Both the position numbers and the translations under genes were made by a program. 64,000 bases of DNA from Mesorhizobium sp. (GTDB lineage Bacteria; Pseudomonadota; Alphaproteobacteria; Rhizobiales; Rhizobiaceae), in NCBI RefSeq assembly GCF_004962925.1, contig NZ_SUEO01000001.1, positions 109,164 to 173,163 on the forward strand, read 5' to 3'. Shown here piece by piece: positions 39,302 through 49,449 of the stretch. Below the pieces are notes generated by a model. That model was not told the origin of the DNA. It saw nothing but the letters and a program-made list of their open reading frames with translations, and did not search any database. How positions within the stretch are numbered: position 1 is the stretch's first letter; the number at the start of each line of letters is the position of its first letter.

Positions 39302-40358
39302 TGCATGCAAACCCGCCACGGAGCCTGATGCCCAGCTCTTCTCCGATGCGGACAATGTCGCCACGCCCGATACGCTGACCATTGGCCACTATGTCGACCG
39401 GGCCGTCGATCGGCCATCCAAGTTCAAAAATATGCCCTTCGCCGGCACTTCTTAATTCCCCAAGAGAAATAGGCCAGCGGCCGCATTCAAAGACAAGCAC
39501 GATCTCGACATCGTCGAGATCCTTAGTAAGCTCCAGTTGCGATCCGGGTTGTGTCATATGCGCACTCTCCAAAGGACACGGTCGCGGGCGGAAAGGCCCC
39601 CGCAAGATTAATTCATCGCCGTCAAGATCCGCCTCGGCGCACAACTGGCCGACAGCTAGGGTGATCTGGCCGCGGCCGAACGGCGCAATATCGGGCAACA
39701 ATGCATCACCGACACATGCGCTTCGAAGAAGCGCCGCAGGAAGGCGAAGCGTGCCGACCTCTCCTGCAACAATGAGCGGGAGCTCTGGAGGCAGCCCGCC
39801 CAGCTGCCGCGGCAACTGGGCAAGCAGTTCGCCTAGCGCGCGAAACGCAGGCGGTACTAAGCCGTCAAGTGGCGTGAACAGGAATAGACGGCCCTTGCCC
39901 TTGACCGCGCCGAAAATGATGTCGAGTTCAAGATGAGGAGCCAGCATCGTGGCTTCGCATACCCGCACGAGTTGCACGTTCAGACGCGTCGTCTCCTCCA
40001 GTCGAGTGACAAGCGGCTCCAGAGCGAGTTCGAGAATTAGCGAAGCAGTTGGCTCGGAAGGGAAGGCCAAGCCGTTCTGCACTGTCGTGATGAACTCCTC
40101 TACGAGCGGGCGCGACAGTGACAAGATGACCGTTTCGGCTCCCACTCTCCAGACGCAGTCAAGCATCGGAATGGCAGCAGGTTCCTGCTGCCAGACAAGC
40201 CCTGCCGTTCGCACCGATAGCGGCACCTCGTTGATCCGGCTTTGAAACGGCGTGCGCGGCGCTGCTGTATCATTGAGCCACGAGACAACCGTGTGGGACA
40301 GTTTCAGAACTGGTTCGAACATGGCGGGTGTGACCGCAGCGCCTATCAAAGACTGCAC
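39294..40358 (-). CDS. rhcQ: T3SS cytoplasmic ring/sorting platform protein RhcQ (SctQ)
   Basis: C-terminal SPOA-type domain (VEIVLVFECGRWPISLGELRSAGEGHIFEL...VDIVANGQRIGRGDIVRIGEELGIRL). Position between y4yJ and rhcR. Confidence 0.85.
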   Translation of the reverse strand: MQSLIGAAVTPAMFEPVLKLSHTVVSWLNDTAAPRTPFQSRINEVPLSVRTAGLVWQQEPAAIPMLDCVWRVGAETVILSLSRPLVEEFITTVQNGLAFPSEPTASLILELALEPLVTRLEETTRLNVQLVRVCEATMLAPHLELDIIFGAVKGKGRLFLFTPLDGLVPPAFRALGELLAQLPRQLGGLPPELPLIVAGEVGTLRLPAALLRSACVGDALLPDIAPFGRGQITLAVGQLCAEADLDGDELILRGPFRPRPCPLESAHMTQPGSQLELTKDLDDVEIVLVFECGRWPISLGELRSAGEGHIFELGWPIDGPVDIVANGQRIGRGDIVRIGEELGIRLRGGFACNE

Positions 40359-40411
40359 GGTCGTGTCATTCGGACGACCTCTTGCGACCGTCGGATCCGG
40401 TTGCGCGGCAT

Positions 40412-40924
40412 TTAGGCAAGCGACCCCCTCGCATATTTCAGCAGTATCTCATCGTCGGCCTCGATCTCGGCTGCGGCCTCCGAATGAGTCTCGACGGCGC
40501 GCCGCACGTCGTCCTCGATTTGTTGCCATTTGTCCCTTGCCGCCGAACATATGACCCATAGCTCCCTCGTCCTGGACGCCGCCATCTCAGCCTCCTCTTG
40601 AGCGATTTGGGTATCATCAAGCATCTGCCGTCTGGAATCGATCTCAGCGGCAAGCTGTTCAGTGTGAAGGCGGTGACGGTCGAGCGCTGCGCTAGACAAG
40701 TTGTCGAGTGACATCAGATGCTGATAGAGCGCTGCTTCTTTTCTTGAACAATGTTGCTGTATCATTGCAAGCTCCCTAGAGGCATTTTGTACGGCTGAGG
40801 CGGCCACATCGCGCTGGGCTTCCTTCTTGGACAGCTCGCCAAGGGCACGACGCTCTTGCATTTCCTTCAGAAGCCGTAACCTCGAAGACTGAATCCAGTT
40901 TACGCGGTCAGACGCGACATCCAT
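40412..40924 (-). CDS. Coiled-coil T3SS stalk protein (Y4yJ/SctO-like)
   Basis: 170 aa, highly charged with heptad character. It lies immediately downstream of and overlapping the ATPase gene, as for YscO/FliJ. Confidence 0.65.
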   Translation of the reverse strand: MDVASDRVNWIQSSRLRLLKEMQERRALGELSKKEAQRDVAASAVQNASRELAMIQQHCSRKEAALYQHLMSLDNLSSAALDRHRLHTEQLAAEIDSRRQMLDDTQIAQEEAEMAASRTRELWVICSAARDKWQQIEDDVRRAVETHSEAAAEIEADDEILLKYARGSLA

Positions 40925-42258
40925 GCGACCGTCTCCTCGAAATCTGACGCGTCATCTTCGCTCTGGCGCAGAAACTCCCTCAGTTCGTCGATTGACGCGA
41001 CAGCCCGGTCAGTCAGGGGATCTCCACCTGGCTTGTATTCGCCAACATTGATCAAGAACTCGGTCTCGGCATAGCGCGATAGGAGCTCGCGGAAAATGGA
41101 TGCTGCCTTGCGATGTGTCCCCGAAACGACTGCATCCATGACGCGGCTGCGACTCTGCAGCACATCAATAGCGGGGAAATGCGATCGCGCCGCAATAGCG
41201 CGTGAGAGGATGACATGGCCATCGAGAATACCACGCGATTCCTCGGCGATTGGATCACCCGTGCCATCACCCTCTACAAGCACCGTATAGAAGGCCGTGA
41301 TTGAGCCCCGCTCACCCATGCCGGCGCGCTCGAGCAGGCCTGGCAGCATGCCAAAAACGGAAGGAGGAAAGCCCCGTCGCGTCGGCGGCTCACCCGCAGC
41401 AAGGCCTATTTCGCGCATAGCGCGGCAGAAGCGCGTCAGCGAATCCAGCATGAGAGCAACGCGTAGGCCTTGATCGCGGAAATATTCCGCGAGCGCAGTC
41501 GCCATTGGAGCGCATTGCGCACGCTCTACCGCCGAGCGGTCGGATGTTTCAACCACGACGACCGTACGGAGAAGGCCCTCTTCACCAAGATTCCTTTCGA
41601 TGAATTCACGAACTTCCCGTCCACGTTCGCCTATGAGCGCCACTATGACGACGTCAGCGGCGGCACCCTTTACGATCTGTGACAACAGCGTCGACTTGCC
41701 ACCACCTGGCTCGCCATAAATCCCGATCCGCTGGCCCTCGCCGCACGTCAGCAGACCATCGAGGACACGGACCCCAAGCGGGAATGGCCGCTCAATCATG
41801 CGCCTCGTCATCGGATTGGGGGCTCTGCCATGCAGGGGCCGAGTTTCGACGGTCTTGATTTCGCCTTTGCCGTCCAATGGGCGGCAACGACTGTCGATCA
41901 CGCGACCGAGCAAATCGCCGCCGACGGGCACCTCACGCATTCGGCCAGTGGCCACGACCTCTGCGCGGCTGGATAGGCCCACCAAGTCCCCGATCGGTGT
42001 CAGCAATACACCATCACCCGACAGGCCGATCACCTCGGCCTCGAGCGACAGCCCGGTTCGCGGGTCCTCTAGGAGGCAAAGTTCCCCAATACGAGTGTCT
42101 GGCAAGACGGCATGAACCAGTGTGCCGATAGCCCGCGTGATCCGACCGCGCACCGCACGCGTGTCAATTCGCTTGGCCGCAGCCCTCAAAGACGAGATTG
42201 CTGGAACGAGAGCTCGAGTGTCGGCGTCAGCGTTATGTTCTGGGACGGGCTTTCTCAT
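40900..42258 (-). CDS. rhcN: T3SS ATPase RhcN (SctN)
   Basis: Walker A GEPGGGKSTLL, Walker B RVALMLDSLTRF. Resembles the F1-ATPase beta subunit throughout. Confidence 0.95.
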   Translation of the reverse strand: MRKPVPEHNADADTRALVPAISSLRAAAKRIDTRAVRGRITRAIGTLVHAVLPDTRIGELCLLEDPRTGLSLEAEVIGLSGDGVLLTPIGDLVGLSSRAEVVATGRMREVPVGGDLLGRVIDSRCRPLDGKGEIKTVETRPLHGRAPNPMTRRMIERPFPLGVRVLDGLLTCGEGQRIGIYGEPGGGKSTLLSQIVKGAAADVVIVALIGERGREVREFIERNLGEEGLLRTVVVVETSDRSAVERAQCAPMATALAEYFRDQGLRVALMLDSLTRFCRAMREIGLAAGEPPTRRGFPPSVFGMLPGLLERAGMGERGSITAFYTVLVEGDGTGDPIAEESRGILDGHVILSRAIAARSHFPAIDVLQSRSRVMDAVVSGTHRKAASIFRELLSRYAETEFLINVGEYKPGGDPLTDRAVASIDELREFLRQSEDDASDFEETVAWMSRLTA

Positions 42259-42878
42259 AGCTCGCCTTTCTCACAGAGCGTCCCGAAACCAAGGCGCAGC
42301 GCGCGCATCTGGGCGTCAAGTCCTAGGTCGACATTGCCGTACTCGCTCCACAGCACGCAGCGTTGCGGCGACAACGTCGGGTCGGGCTCGATCCGCACCC
42401 TTGGTCGACCATCCTGGCCGTCGCATCGAGCAAACTCTCGTGCAAGCATGTCGACTTGCATGGGAGAAACATGAAGGCAAACTTCGGCGCCGCTGTATTG
42501 ACACTCTATGGCGTGACGAACAGCCCTCACCAATAGCTCGCCCGGATCGAAAGCGCCGATAAGATCGCTCAATATTTCCATCACGAGCTGCGGCAATTCC
42601 TGCTCCAGAGCCGCCTTTCGTCGCGCGATTTCGGAGATTGTCTCCGCAATCAGCCCTGCCATCTCCTCGGTGCCTGCATTCGAGCCCTCCATGTGGCCGC
42701 GCGCCCACGCCCGCTGGTAAACGGCGCGTGCCCAGTTTCGAACGCGCTGCCGATGCCGTTCTGCCGCGGCAAGGGCTTGCGCGGCGCTGTGCCAGGTTTC
42801 GAGCTCGCTCGCGGGTATCAGTGGTCCGACTGGACGCATCTGCGGCGCTATTGGCCCCTCGGAAAGTTCGACTGTCAT
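42255..42878 (-). CDS. nolV: T3SS stator protein NolV (SctL)
   Basis: 207 aa with a HrpE/YscL-like C-terminus, positioned directly upstream of the ATPase gene. Confidence 0.8.
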   Translation of the reverse strand: MTVELSEGPIAPQMRPVGPLIPASELETWHSAAQALAAAERHRQRVRNWARAVYQRAWARGHMEGSNAGTEEMAGLIAETISEIARRKAALEQELPQLVMEILSDLIGAFDPGELLVRAVRHAIECQYSGAEVCLHVSPMQVDMLAREFARCDGQDGRPRVRIEPDPTLSPQRCVLWSEYGNVDLGLDAQMRALRLGFGTLCEKGEL

Positions 42879-43492
42879 TTCACCGGGGTCTCTGTCTCAA
42901 AATGAGCTACTACAAGTGAAAGCAATTGGCCGGCGGCGGTCCAATGCTCAGGTGCTGGAGTCTCCGCGGCAGTCCCCTCGGGCAATCGAAGAAGCACGCG
43001 GTTACGCTCGGTCGCTGAACTGTCCTGGAGCCAAGCCCCAAGACATGCGTGTCCATCGTATTCGATTTGCTGAGCGAGTTTTTCTGGGTCCGCGATCAGT
43101 CTTTTGTCAACAGCATGCAGCAGGTGTCGGATTCCGAATGCGTGTGCATCCACGCCGATGCGTTTAACAAGGATGGCAAGCTCAGGCTGAGAGACAAACG
43201 CGACCAGCGAACGGGCATGCCAGATACTACCAGCAAGAAGGGCAGCTCGATATGGATCATGCCCGCGTAGAAGGTCCGGCCTGCAGCCGATGTGGTTCAG
43301 ATCCACGTCATCGTTGCCCAGCAATTCTGCCAGCCTTGGATGCAGTCTGGAACACTTCTGCAACTTCACTAACGTTTCGGCCGATAACGCTGGATCAAGA
43401 CGCGCCGCAAGACGGGTCGGATGGGCCGAAGCCGCAAGCTCGCTCGCGCCCGGAAAGTGCGGACCATCAGGTCGGGCGGTCTGTATAGGCAT
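42875..43492 (-). CDS. nolU: T3SS protein NolU
   Basis: Called from its position between rhcJ and nolV. The start is ambiguous: ATG 43492 lies just after the rhcJ stop, while ATG 43561 has a better GAGG Shine-Dalgarno but overlaps rhcJ. Confidence 0.65.
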   Translation of the reverse strand: MPIQTARPDGPHFPGASELAASAHPTRLAARLDPALSAETLVKLQKCSRLHPRLAELLGNDDVDLNHIGCRPDLLRGHDPYRAALLAGSIWHARSLVAFVSQPELAILVKRIGVDAHAFGIRHLLHAVDKRLIADPEKLAQQIEYDGHACLGAWLQDSSATERNRVLLRLPEGTAAETPAPEHWTAAGQLLSLVVAHFETETPVK

Positions 43493-43505
43493 TGGCAATG
43501 AGATG

Positions 43506-44369
43506 TCACCCACGTCCAATTGCAGGCATTCTTTTGCGAATGGCCTCGACAGCAGAAGCATCCCGGCGCCCCTCGACCTTGGAAACGCCGGTTGATTGCT
43601 TGCGCCGACGCGTAACAACGCTGATCAAGAGATAACAGGCCACGGCGAATACGGCTGCGGCAAAACCTGTTACGGTCGCCAGAAGTGGCGCAGGAAGAGG
43701 TAGTGATGCTTGTGGCAAAACAGCAGTCGGATCGGGCCGTTGCTCGTGTGCGGACCGTTCTACCGGCACCAAAACCACTTCCACCTTATCGTAGGACAGG
43801 CCTTCGATGCTGTCGGCTACAAGCATCTTTATCTTTGGCAGCAGAGCCGCGACATTTGTTTTTGCGTCGTGCCTGATAAACACCGAGGCCGAGGATGGCG
43901 TGGCACCGGCTCGCACAAGGTCGTTATGCGGCAGCACGACGTGAACACGTACAGAAAAAACGCCATCGATATCGCTGATCGTCCGCGACAACTCTTCGCT
44001 CAGGGCATACACGTAACGGGCACGCTCTTCGGTCGGCGAGGCAATCAGGCCTGATCCTTGGAATATCTCACCGAGGTTCTTGAAGGATTGGCGCGGCAAC
44101 CCCTTGGCGTTCAGAAGGTTGATTGAGAAGGCGAGCAGCTTTTCGTCAACCTGGATCGTGCTGGTTCCATCCTTGGCGACCACCCGGATCGCGGCGACCC
44201 CGTTGTCTTCAAGAAGTGCGAGCATTTCATTTGCCTCACGCTCTTGCAATTGCGTGTAGAGGTCGGCTTTGCAAGCAGTGAGGGCGACGAGAACTGGCAG
44301 CATGACAAGTCTAACCGACCGCCACCCTGACAGGCCACGCATGATTTCGCCCTCGGCCAAGCCAATCAT
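43506..44369 (-). CDS. rhcJ: T3SS inner-membrane ring lipoprotein RhcJ (SctJ, NolT)
   Basis: Lipobox LVALTAC. YscJ/HrcJ family (ADLYTQLQEREANEMLALLEDNGVAA...). C-terminal TM segment. Confidence 0.9.
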   Translation of the reverse strand: MIGLAEGEIMRGLSGWRSVRLVMLPVLVALTACKADLYTQLQEREANEMLALLEDNGVAAIRVVAKDGTSTIQVDEKLLAFSINLLNAKGLPRQSFKNLGEIFQGSGLIASPTEERARYVYALSEELSRTISDIDGVFSVRVHVVLPHNDLVRAGATPSSASVFIRHDAKTNVAALLPKIKMLVADSIEGLSYDKVEVVLVPVERSAHEQRPDPTAVLPQASLPLPAPLLATVTGFAAAVFAVACYLLISVVTRRRKQSTGVSKVEGRRDASAVEAIRKRMPAIGRG

Positions 44370-44378
44370 GCGCGCGGT

Positions 44379-44888
44379 TCAACCTTCCTTCAAAAGTTTA
44401 TTCACGGATGATGTGACGCCGCTGACGCCTTTGGAGATAAGCGCCACCTGGGTGACGCCGGTGTAAACATCCCGAAGACCAGCCATCATCATTTCGAAGT
44501 CTTGCCCTTGTTGAGGAATGCCCGAGATTCCGGTTCCCGCCTCACCTGAGACGGGAGGCTTCTGCGCCGGTCCCGGTAGAGCGCCCTTCGAAAGGGCTAT
44601 GTCATGGTCGAGCGCGGGGAAGGAAACAGTGTTGTGTGGATATAGGGAGGAAATCGTCTGCAACACGCGATCGCCCATGCCGCTCGTCGGCGCAGCCGCG
44701 CGCTGAACATCCATCGCCGCAGCAACTGGCGCCGCACTCGCTGACCCCGCGGCGGGATCGTTTTTCAGCGAGTCGGCTGCATGCCCTAAGGCGCGCTCAA
44801 ACTGGGCCTGCTCGACAATCGACGGTGATCCGACCCTGGGGAGGCCAGCCGTTAGAGTGGCAGAGATCGACGTGACAGGCATCATCAT
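44379..44888 (-). CDS. nopB: NopB (NolB), T3SS pilus-associated secreted protein
   Basis: First gene downstream of the tts box at 44961-44991. Because the track start at 44957 abuts the box, I chose the MMM start at 44888. Confidence 0.7.
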   Translation of the reverse strand: MMMPVTSISATLTAGLPRVGSPSIVEQAQFERALGHAADSLKNDPAAGSASAAPVAAAMDVQRAAAPTSGMGDRVLQTISSLYPHNTVSFPALDHDIALSKGALPGPAQKPPVSGEAGTGISGIPQQGQDFEMMMAGLRDVYTGVTQVALISKGVSGVTSSVNKLLKEG

Positions 44889-44960
44889 GTAAGGACTCGG
44901 TTGCTCTCTCTGACCGGGCGAGCCCCGCCCATTCATCACCCGGTGTCGGCGCAACACTCC

Positions 44961-44991
44961 TAGGGGGGCAAGCTGACAACAAGCTGACTAA
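44961..44991 (-). promoter_or_regulatory. tts box of the nopB-rhcJ...rhcU operon
   Basis: The minus strand reads TTAGTCAGCTTGTTGTCAGCTTGCCCCCCTA. Confidence 0.7.
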
Positions 44992-45075
44992 CGGCGGCGT
45001 CATTTCGACAATCTAAAATCTCTTCGGCAATTTAGTCACTTGTGATGATTTCAGCGTTTGGTTTATCAGTGCGAC

Positions 45076-45774
45076 ATGCCGAGAACGCTTATCCAACCCG
45101 TCACCCTGCATGTTTTGAGACTTCTTTGTGCCGGGTTTTTTCTGTCCACCGGGATTCAACCGGCGCACGCAGTCCCGCTGTCCCTTCCGGCGACACCCTA
45201 TAGATACACGGTTCTGGATCAGGAACTCGCTGCAGCGTTGCAGGAATTCGGCAACAACCTGAATATCAGGGTCAACATCAGTCCTGCGGTGAAGGGGCGA
45301 ATTCGCGGACGTATGCCTGATTTGCCACCGCGCGCGTTCCTCGACCGCTTGACGAACCTTTACGGTCTCCAATGGTACTATGACGGCCTTGTGCTCTATG
45401 TGTCTGCTGCACAAGAATCGCAAACTCGAATGCTTTTGATGACGTCGATTCGCTTCGATGCGTTCAAGGGGGCTCTCGACAAGCTTGATATCTCCGATGA
45501 GCGCTATGTGGTCAAACCCGTGCCAGGCAATGGCCTCGTCTTCGTTTCCGGTCCACCGCGCTTCGTCGCACTCGTGGAGCAGACCTTTAACGGCTTGGTG
45601 GCGGAGGCGCAGGCGCAGACTCACATAGCGGCCACGCCAAAGGAATCAGTGCTGATCTTGTTTCGTGGCTCCTCCACTACGGTCGTTCGCGACGGACGAC
45701 CGGATGCTTCTTATTCTTCTGACATCCCACAACAGGATAGCGTTGGCGGGAAGCCTGAGCTGGGCAAGAAATGA
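45076..45774 (+). CDS. rhcC1: T3SS secretin, N-terminal part (RhcC1/NolW)
   Basis: A signal peptide is followed by secretin N-domain-like sequence (YTVLDQELAAALQEFGNNLNIRVNISPAVKGRI...LYVSAAQE). It is transcribed divergently from nopB. Confidence 0.8.
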   Translation: MPRTLIQPVTLHVLRLLCAGFFLSTGIQPAHAVPLSLPATPYRYTVLDQELAAALQEFGNNLNIRVNISPAVKGRIRGRMPDLPPRAFLDRLTNLYGLQWYYDGLVLYVSAAQESQTRMLLMTSIRFDAFKGALDKLDISDERYVVKPVPGNGLVFVSGPPRFVALVEQTFNGLVAEAQAQTHIAATPKESVLILFRGSSTTVVRDGRPDASYSSDIPQQDSVGGKPELGKK

Positions 45775-45842
45775 ACATTGAGGATTTCCCGCAGCTTTGA
45801 AGAACATGACTGCGGCTACCCCTTTGTGAACTCTTCGCAAAC

Positions 45843-45875
45843 TCGTCAGTTTCTCGAAAGCTAATCCGCTCATGA
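45843..45875 (+). promoter_or_regulatory. tts box of nopX
   Basis: TCGTCAGTTTCTCGAAAGCTAATCCGCTCATGA, a near-perfect consensus, about 200 bp upstream of ATG 46076. Confidence 0.85.
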
Positions 45876-46075
45876 TGAGTCCCGGCAGCTCTCGCGGTGA
45901 CTCCGGCCATTGTGTTGGACCGAACCTTGGAGCCGGCCCGGAACACAGCAATTGAAGGCAGGGCAGGCGCATTCGTGACCTGCCGACGCTTGGAATTGTC
46001 GAATTTTGTGAAACGCAAGGGATCTTCTGTCGGGGTCTCTTGTGGGGATTTCAACGTCACGTCTGAGGATGCATA

Positions 46076-48010
46076 ATGTCGGCCAGCAATCTTTCAACTT
46101 TCTACCGCTCAAATTCGCTACAGTCCGCAAGGGGTTGGCCGGGCCTGAAAGTTTCCCATTTTGCGACCCAGCATCAGCAAAGTGCATCGTGCTTCGAAGC
46201 GATGCTGTCCACTTGTGTGCTGGCAGACAAGCCCGGCTCTTTCGCGCAAGGGGATCTGCCAGCGTCGAATCTTGATTCGACAATGGATAAATTGCGGCAG
46301 GACCCTTTGGGCCATCTGGCACCGGATGTCGTGACATTGAAGGGCTTGGAGCAACACCCACTGGATCTGCTGCCGCCAAATATGAGGGCGGCTCTCAAGG
46401 AGGACCAATCGCAACGCTCCAAGGCGACTGAAGCCCAACATCTGCTCGGCGTCACCCCGAAGATCGAGCCGGCTCCCAGGCCGAGCCCCGGAATCACGTG
46501 GAACGGCGGGTCGCTGACCACGGCTGAGTTGCAGATTGTTGCGGTACTCAACCGTCACAAGGACCAATGCCCGCTTACTTGGAAGTCGTTGACCGACAAA
46601 GCCAATGATCCCTCTACGCCACCGGATCTGAAAGCGGCGATCCAGGGACTGCAGCAGGATTCGGGACTTTTTTATGCGATTGGCTCGCAGGGCGACGGCC
46701 GCTGTGGAGGCAAGATCAACGCCAAGGACTTGGCCGGATTTTCAAACCACCACCCACAAGTTGCTGCATTTCAGGAAGCCCAAGCGCAAAGCTACGAGCA
46801 GAACTACATACCATCCGACGGCAGCGGAGGTTTGCAGCCTTCGGTCATGACCTTGAGCGATGCCTTGCGGGAGTTTTACCGGTACTCCGAAAATCTGTCC
46901 AAGGACCTGAGTCTGGATGAGTTCAAGAAAATGGTCGGCGGCGAATCGAAAAACGGCAAATTTCCGCCCCAGGTCATTGCGGCGGCGCAATATTTCCTCG
47001 ATCACCCCGATGCTTGGAACCAGTTGTGCGGTGGCTCGAAAGGGAAGATGCACAAAGAGGATTTCCTGCAAGTCGCCTCATCGTCGATGAGCCTCACGCA
47101 AACTGAGCTGAATACGGTCGAGATGATCAAGGACCATCAGGACACGTTCTTTGGAAGCGGTGTTCTGACGCGCGACAAACTGGCGAAAATGAAAGACGAC
47201 AAGAGCCTTGATCCGAAAGTGCGGGAAGCAGCCTCTCAGCTCCTTTCAGATCCTCTACTGTTTGGCCTCCTGAACAATTCGATCACGGGCTATAAGACCC
47301 ATCATAAATTCTTCGACTTTGGCGGCGGGCATACGGTTGATTCCGGCAATATCAGCAAAAAAGACTTTGCCCATTTTTGCACAAACATGTCGTCTGCGAA
47401 CCGCAACGTTCAGCAGCCAATCACCCACGGCGCCCAAACCGCAGAAGAGCAGAATGCCGTCGCGGACATGAAGATGGGCCTGATGGACCAGCCTGACATT
47501 AAGTCAGCCAAAAAGAACGGCGGGGCCGTCATGCACGTCGTCGACTCCGTGCTCAAAATCGAGACGAAAGTGCTCGACTTGGCGGCAACGGCGGTGGGAC
47601 TGCTCAGCTTCATTCCGGGCCTCGGACAAGTAGCCGATCTTGCCTCGATGGTTCTCGAGGCTGAGTCGCAAGCAGCCAATCTCCTGCGTACGGCCATTAA
47701 CGGAGGCGATATGAAGCGAGCGCTGGAGGAAGCTGGCCTCAATATGGCCGCGCAGGCGATCGGCCTTATCGCAGGCCCCGAGGTCAAGCTGGCCATTCGA
47801 AATGGGCTCGTAAAGCACCTGATGGAAGAGGCCTTGGCGGCAGGCATTGATCTTTCGGTCTCGACGGCGCAGGACTACGCAGAAGGCTATGTGAATAACC
47901 TCAAAGCGCGCCTTGCAGGCGGCCCTGAGCAAAGCCTAGGCCTTCCGAGCATGCCATCATTCCAGAGTGTGGCAAGCAATGTGCCCTTCGTCGGCATTGC
48001 CTTATCCTAG
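46076..48010 (+). CDS. nopX: NopX (NolX), T3SS translocon/pilus-tip protein
   Basis: 644 aa with a hydrophobic segment near the C-terminus (VLDLAATAVGLLSFIPGLGQVADLASMVL). Downstream of rhcC1 with its own tts box, the conserved nolW-nolX arrangement. Confidence 0.8.
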   Translation: MSASNLSTFYRSNSLQSARGWPGLKVSHFATQHQQSASCFEAMLSTCVLADKPGSFAQGDLPASNLDSTMDKLRQDPLGHLAPDVVTLKGLEQHPLDLLPPNMRAALKEDQSQRSKATEAQHLLGVTPKIEPAPRPSPGITWNGGSLTTAELQIVAVLNRHKDQCPLTWKSLTDKANDPSTPPDLKAAIQGLQQDSGLFYAIGSQGDGRCGGKINAKDLAGFSNHHPQVAAFQEAQAQSYEQNYIPSDGSGGLQPSVMTLSDALREFYRYSENLSKDLSLDEFKKMVGGESKNGKFPPQVIAAAQYFLDHPDAWNQLCGGSKGKMHKEDFLQVASSSMSLTQTELNTVEMIKDHQDTFFGSGVLTRDKLAKMKDDKSLDPKVREAASQLLSDPLLFGLLNNSITGYKTHHKFFDFGGGHTVDSGNISKKDFAHFCTNMSSANRNVQQPITHGAQTAEEQNAVADMKMGLMDQPDIKSAKKNGGAVMHVVDSVLKIETKVLDLAATAVGLLSFIPGLGQVADLASMVLEAESQAANLLRTAINGGDMKRALEEAGLNMAAQAIGLIAGPEVKLAIRNGLVKHLMEEALAAGIDLSVSTAQDYAEGYVNNLKARLAGGPEQSLGLPSMPSFQSVASNVPFVGIALS

Positions 48011-48189
48011 CCGTCGCCTTGCGCGGAAGCTTTGGCTCGCGCGCTGACATAAGGGTCATTGTGGCACAAGCAGGGGTTCATCCGCATCAACGCAGCGGTG
48101 TTCCTGACGCCATCTGGATCGGACTGTGAGGGGGATGTCCGAAGTCTGTGAAGGCTTCGGTATATGACGACTTCAGAGTTACGCTGAGC

Positions 48190-48400
48190 CCAGCCATCTC
48201 GAGCCGGTGCGCCGGGTCGAGGTTTTCACGGGCGCCGGCCGGCAGCGGGGATGGTCTCCGGAAGGCACGGCGCGGATGGTGGCGGAGCGGCGCAGCCGAA
48301 GGAACGGCTGTCGCGCGCCCAGGGCGGCCTCCCGAACAGCCAGACGATGATCTCCTGCCTTGGGCCTATATCCTTGTGCCCACGCTCAAGGCAGTCGGCT
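48190..48400 (+). pseudogene. IS66-family orf1 (TnpA) relic
   Basis: EPVRRVEVFTGAGRQRGWSPEGTARMVAE resembles the conserved RVEV(I/F)TGxGRRRxWSxExKxxIVxE N-terminus. It is degenerate afterwards. Confidence 0.4.
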
Positions 48401-48439
48401 GAAAACAGCGCTGATTTAAAACAGCATTATCCTGCACTG

Positions 48440-48835
48440 CACCCTCGATCCTTGCGCTCACCGATCGCTCGTCGACACGCACGCGGTCAAGTCGTTATCG
48501 GCGCTATGCCGATGGGCTTCGAGAGCAAGGTGGACGCTGAGCGGTGCGTCAGCCTCAGGGCGCGGCTGGCCAGCTTTGGGTCTCACGCTCTATGACGGCA
48601 ACACCCGGCTGATCCACTTGGCCTGTTCGCGGGCTCCCGGCAGCGGCGCGGAAGCCACGGTCCGCCTTCCTCGGCTTCAGGCCAAAGATACCGCAGCATG
48701 CTCCAGAGCTATGTCTGCCGCCTTCGCCCCATCGTCGCTGGTCATGTGGAAAGGACAAGCAGGCTACGCACCCCATAATCCCGTCGGGCAGGATTCGACA
48801 GTCGACGGCGAGACATTCGCCAAACCTCACCCTTG
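48440..48835 (+). pseudogene. Group II intron reverse transcriptase/maturase relic
   Basis: VIGAMPMGFESKVDAERCVSLRARLASFG..LYDGNTRLIHLA resembles (Y)ADD..IGFE.K.DAER....L..RL..FGL.LHP.KTRLI.F. It is frameshifted and truncated. Confidence 0.4.
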
Positions 48836-49067
48836 ATTCTCAGCAACGTTAAAAAAAATTCACATAATGTTCGTGAGTGTAGTCTCCTGTCAGGTGGTAC
48901 ATTAGCCCCAATATCTGGCGTCTTAGTCGTAGAAAGGACTGTGATCCATCTTCCATTAGCATCCATACCAGCGGATTTACAGCAAATGACGAGAGAGGTC
49001 TCATGCGGATTGATGGGGATAGAAGGGCTAGCGACTTGCTGCATCCCGTCCGGGTTGATGCCAACCA

Positions 49068-49412
49068 ATGTTGACACTGGTAAATCGCCTAAGGACGGCA
49101 GCGCATCTTGATCGGCTTCGAATCCTGGGCCTTTGCGCGCATGCGGATCTAACCGTCGGCGAGCTGGCCGATATTACCAGTCTGCCTCGCGAGCAGGTTC
49201 GACGCCACGTTCGGCGGCTGGGCAGAGCCAACTTTCTTTGCTGCAACGAACGACGTCCGCAGTCTTCGTACCATATGCAAGCAGGAGGCAAGGATGGCGG
49301 GCTGGCTCAATTGGTGGTCGATCTCCTGCCCCACGATGATGGCCATCATAAAAGAGACCTACAACGCCTGGAAGCAATACAAGACGCGCGGTTGAAGGGA
49401 CCGCCTGCTTGA
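49068..49412 (+). CDS. ArsR-family HTH regulator; possibly a SahR-like regulator truncated after the DNA-binding domain
   Basis: LDRLRILGLCAHADLTVGELADITSLPREQVRRHVRRLGRANFL is a winged-HTH segment. The ORF stops after DLQRLEAIQDAR, where fused ArsR-methyltransferase-fold proteins continue. Confidence 0.6.
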   Translation: MLTLVNRLRTAAHLDRLRILGLCAHADLTVGELADITSLPREQVRRHVRRLGRANFLCCNERRPQSSYHMQAGGKDGGLAQLVVDLLPHDDGHHKRDLQRLEAIQDARLKGPPA

Positions 49413-49449
49413 TCGTGAAATAGATCAGTCCAAATGGAGCGCGACTACC

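Noticed and set aside
48943-48976. ATCCAT...ATCCATACCAGCGGAT upstream of the ArsR-glyA module, resembling the distal half of the ttsI nod box
   Set aside because: Spacing is ATC-N10-GAT rather than N9, and the proximal ATCCAAACAATCGATTT half is absent. It is not a credible nod box on sequence alone.
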